Shown here piece after piece: positions 62,355-64,000 of a stretch of DNA of 64,000 nt (position 1 is the stretch's first letter; each line of letters begins with the position of its first letter). A program made the translations under genes and the position numbers. Source of the stretch: Octopus sinensis (lineage: Eukaryota). The stretch covers positions 29,202,001 to 29,266,000 of the forward strand of contig NC_043005.1 in NCBI RefSeq assembly GCF_006345805.1, given 5' to 3'. The notes below the pieces were generated by a model. The model was not told the origin of the DNA. It was given only the letters and a program-made list of their open reading frames with translations, and did not search any database.

Positions 62355-63701
62355 AATGCAGATAGGCAGAAGACATGATGGTCACACCATTCTAGCCTTG
62401 ATCCTCCTGACTTTTTTCCTATGTGCAGTTAACAGGACAAAATTATCGATCATGTTATGTTCTAAGATGTTAGATATGAACTGATGTAGAAGATTAGCTG
62501 CTATTTCTAGTGGGGGAAAATGACTTTAACCATAAGATTGCTAGCTACAACAACAACGACAGCAACAACAACAACCACAACAGCAACAACAACAACGAAA
62601 CTATTAGAAACCATGAAACATCAAACGTTAACAGGCACACATAGAGGAAGAGGAAGGGGAGAAGGAAAAGGAGAAGGAATATATGGAGAAGACAGAACAA
62701 TAGGAAGGGGAGGAGAAAAATCGAATGAGGAGGAGGAGGAAAAAGAAAAGAAAAAGAAATAAAACGGGGGAGTAGGAAGAGAAGAGGAAGCAGTAACAGT
62801 AGTGGTAGAGAAAAAGAAAAAAGAAAATGATGAAGGAACAGAAGGAAGAGAAGTAGAAGAAAAAGGAGAGGAAGAAACATCATCAAAACAAAATATATAC
62901 AAAAACCCGGTAAAATGATAGCATGACTGTAACTCAGTTATTTAAATAAATATAATTTAATTAAACTTTCCAAATTCCACTCACGTGAATAAAGAAAAAG
63001 AAATTAAGGTGTTTCGTTTGTTTTATTATTCATGAAGTATTACATAAATTCTTGCTATACTAATGTTTGATAAAAGACATATGCTCTCCAGAAAATAAAT
63101 TTCAGTGAATTAGTTGACAGAAAATATATTAACCTTGTTAGAATTGAAGCGAAATGACATTTCGTTGGCGAGAGTAAAAACCGGTGTTAATCAGCCATGA
63201 ATAAATAAACGACAAATTAATATCTGATAAAAAAAAGTTTTTTTTCTTCTCTTATTGCATCTTGCTATTTTTTTGTTTCTTTCCTTATATGTCTGTCTGT
63301 CGGTTTGCTTGTCTATTTATGTGTGTGTGTGAATGTGTGTGTTTATTCATATATAAAATCCTTCAAAACAAACGCTACAGAAGAGAGAAGTCAGCTGACA
63401 ACATTTCTGTGACAACATTTCTGTGACAACATTTCTGTGAATATTTCTCGAAGAAGGAATCTTAAGCCAGAAGTATTGAAATAAAGGTAAATTCAACACA
63501 TCGACTCGTATTATTTCTTATAACTTGCATTGTTTGGCTTATCAAAAGAAACACACACACACGCGTGTGCGTGTATGTATGTTTGTATACACAAACACAG
63601 ACTTATAATACACACACATACATAATTATTACGGAGGGGGAGCGTTAAGCAGTAATAAGTGAAATTGCATGGTTATTACCAGAATCCGAATACACCCGTT
63701 C

Positions 63702-63847
63702 GAACTGGGTAAGAAGCTACTCACAGCGTTTTGTCACAGAGAATATATCTTACTTGTTGAGCCGATCTAGGTGTATATACGCTATTTGTCAACAAGCGAG
63801 ATATATTCTCCGTGACATAACACAGCGAGTAGCTTGTTTCCCAATTC
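63702..63847. repeat. Imperfect inverted repeat (arms about 59 bp, loop 28 bp); MITE-like or hairpin
   Basis: AAGCTACTC/GAGTAGCTT, GTCAC/GTGAC, GAGAATATATCT/AGATATATTCTC and CTTGTTGA/TCAACAAG. Confidence 0.75.
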
Positions 63848-64000
63848 TTTGAGATAGAAATTACTGCTAGCTGATGAAAGAAAGATGAATTAGTGTATAT
63901 TATTCTCCCCCTTGCTCTTTTTGAAGGTAATGTTCATTAACGCTAATGATGCTTTTGTTTTGACAACACAGCGACCATTTTAGGTGATTAACCCATTAAG

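Overview
Repeat-saturated, AT-rich, non-coding animal DNA. The SINE families and dense (TA)n/(CA)n/(TAA)n/(ATCT)n microsatellites are most consistent with an octopod cephalopod (inferred from repeat content). I found no host protein-coding exon, rRNA, true tRNA or CRISPR array, and nearly all long ORFs in the track are read-through of simple repeats. The window is a mosaic of: (i) tRNA-derived SINEs, labelled here A, B, C and E; (ii) about ten decayed RLE-type (R4/Dong-like) non-LTR fragments; (iii) three L1/Tx1-like pieces, one inside an (ATCT)n tract and one lacking its whole RT domain; (iv) CR1/L2-like pieces; (v) DNA transposon relics: mariner, a Tc1 with DD36E spacing, Tigger/pogo, hAT-like MITEs, Helitron- and Helentron-like non-autonomous elements; (vi) two Penelope-like ends, each with a minimal hammerhead-ribozyme fold; (vii) four copies of an unclassified 430-570 bp (TAA)n-associated element. 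The best leads are microsatellite-targeted retroposition, the hammerhead relics, the DD36E Tc1, SINE module shuffling and a 146-bp near-palindrome. None is demonstrably a new system from sequence alone. Boundaries of decayed elements are approximate and family names come from manual translation and recall, not database searches.
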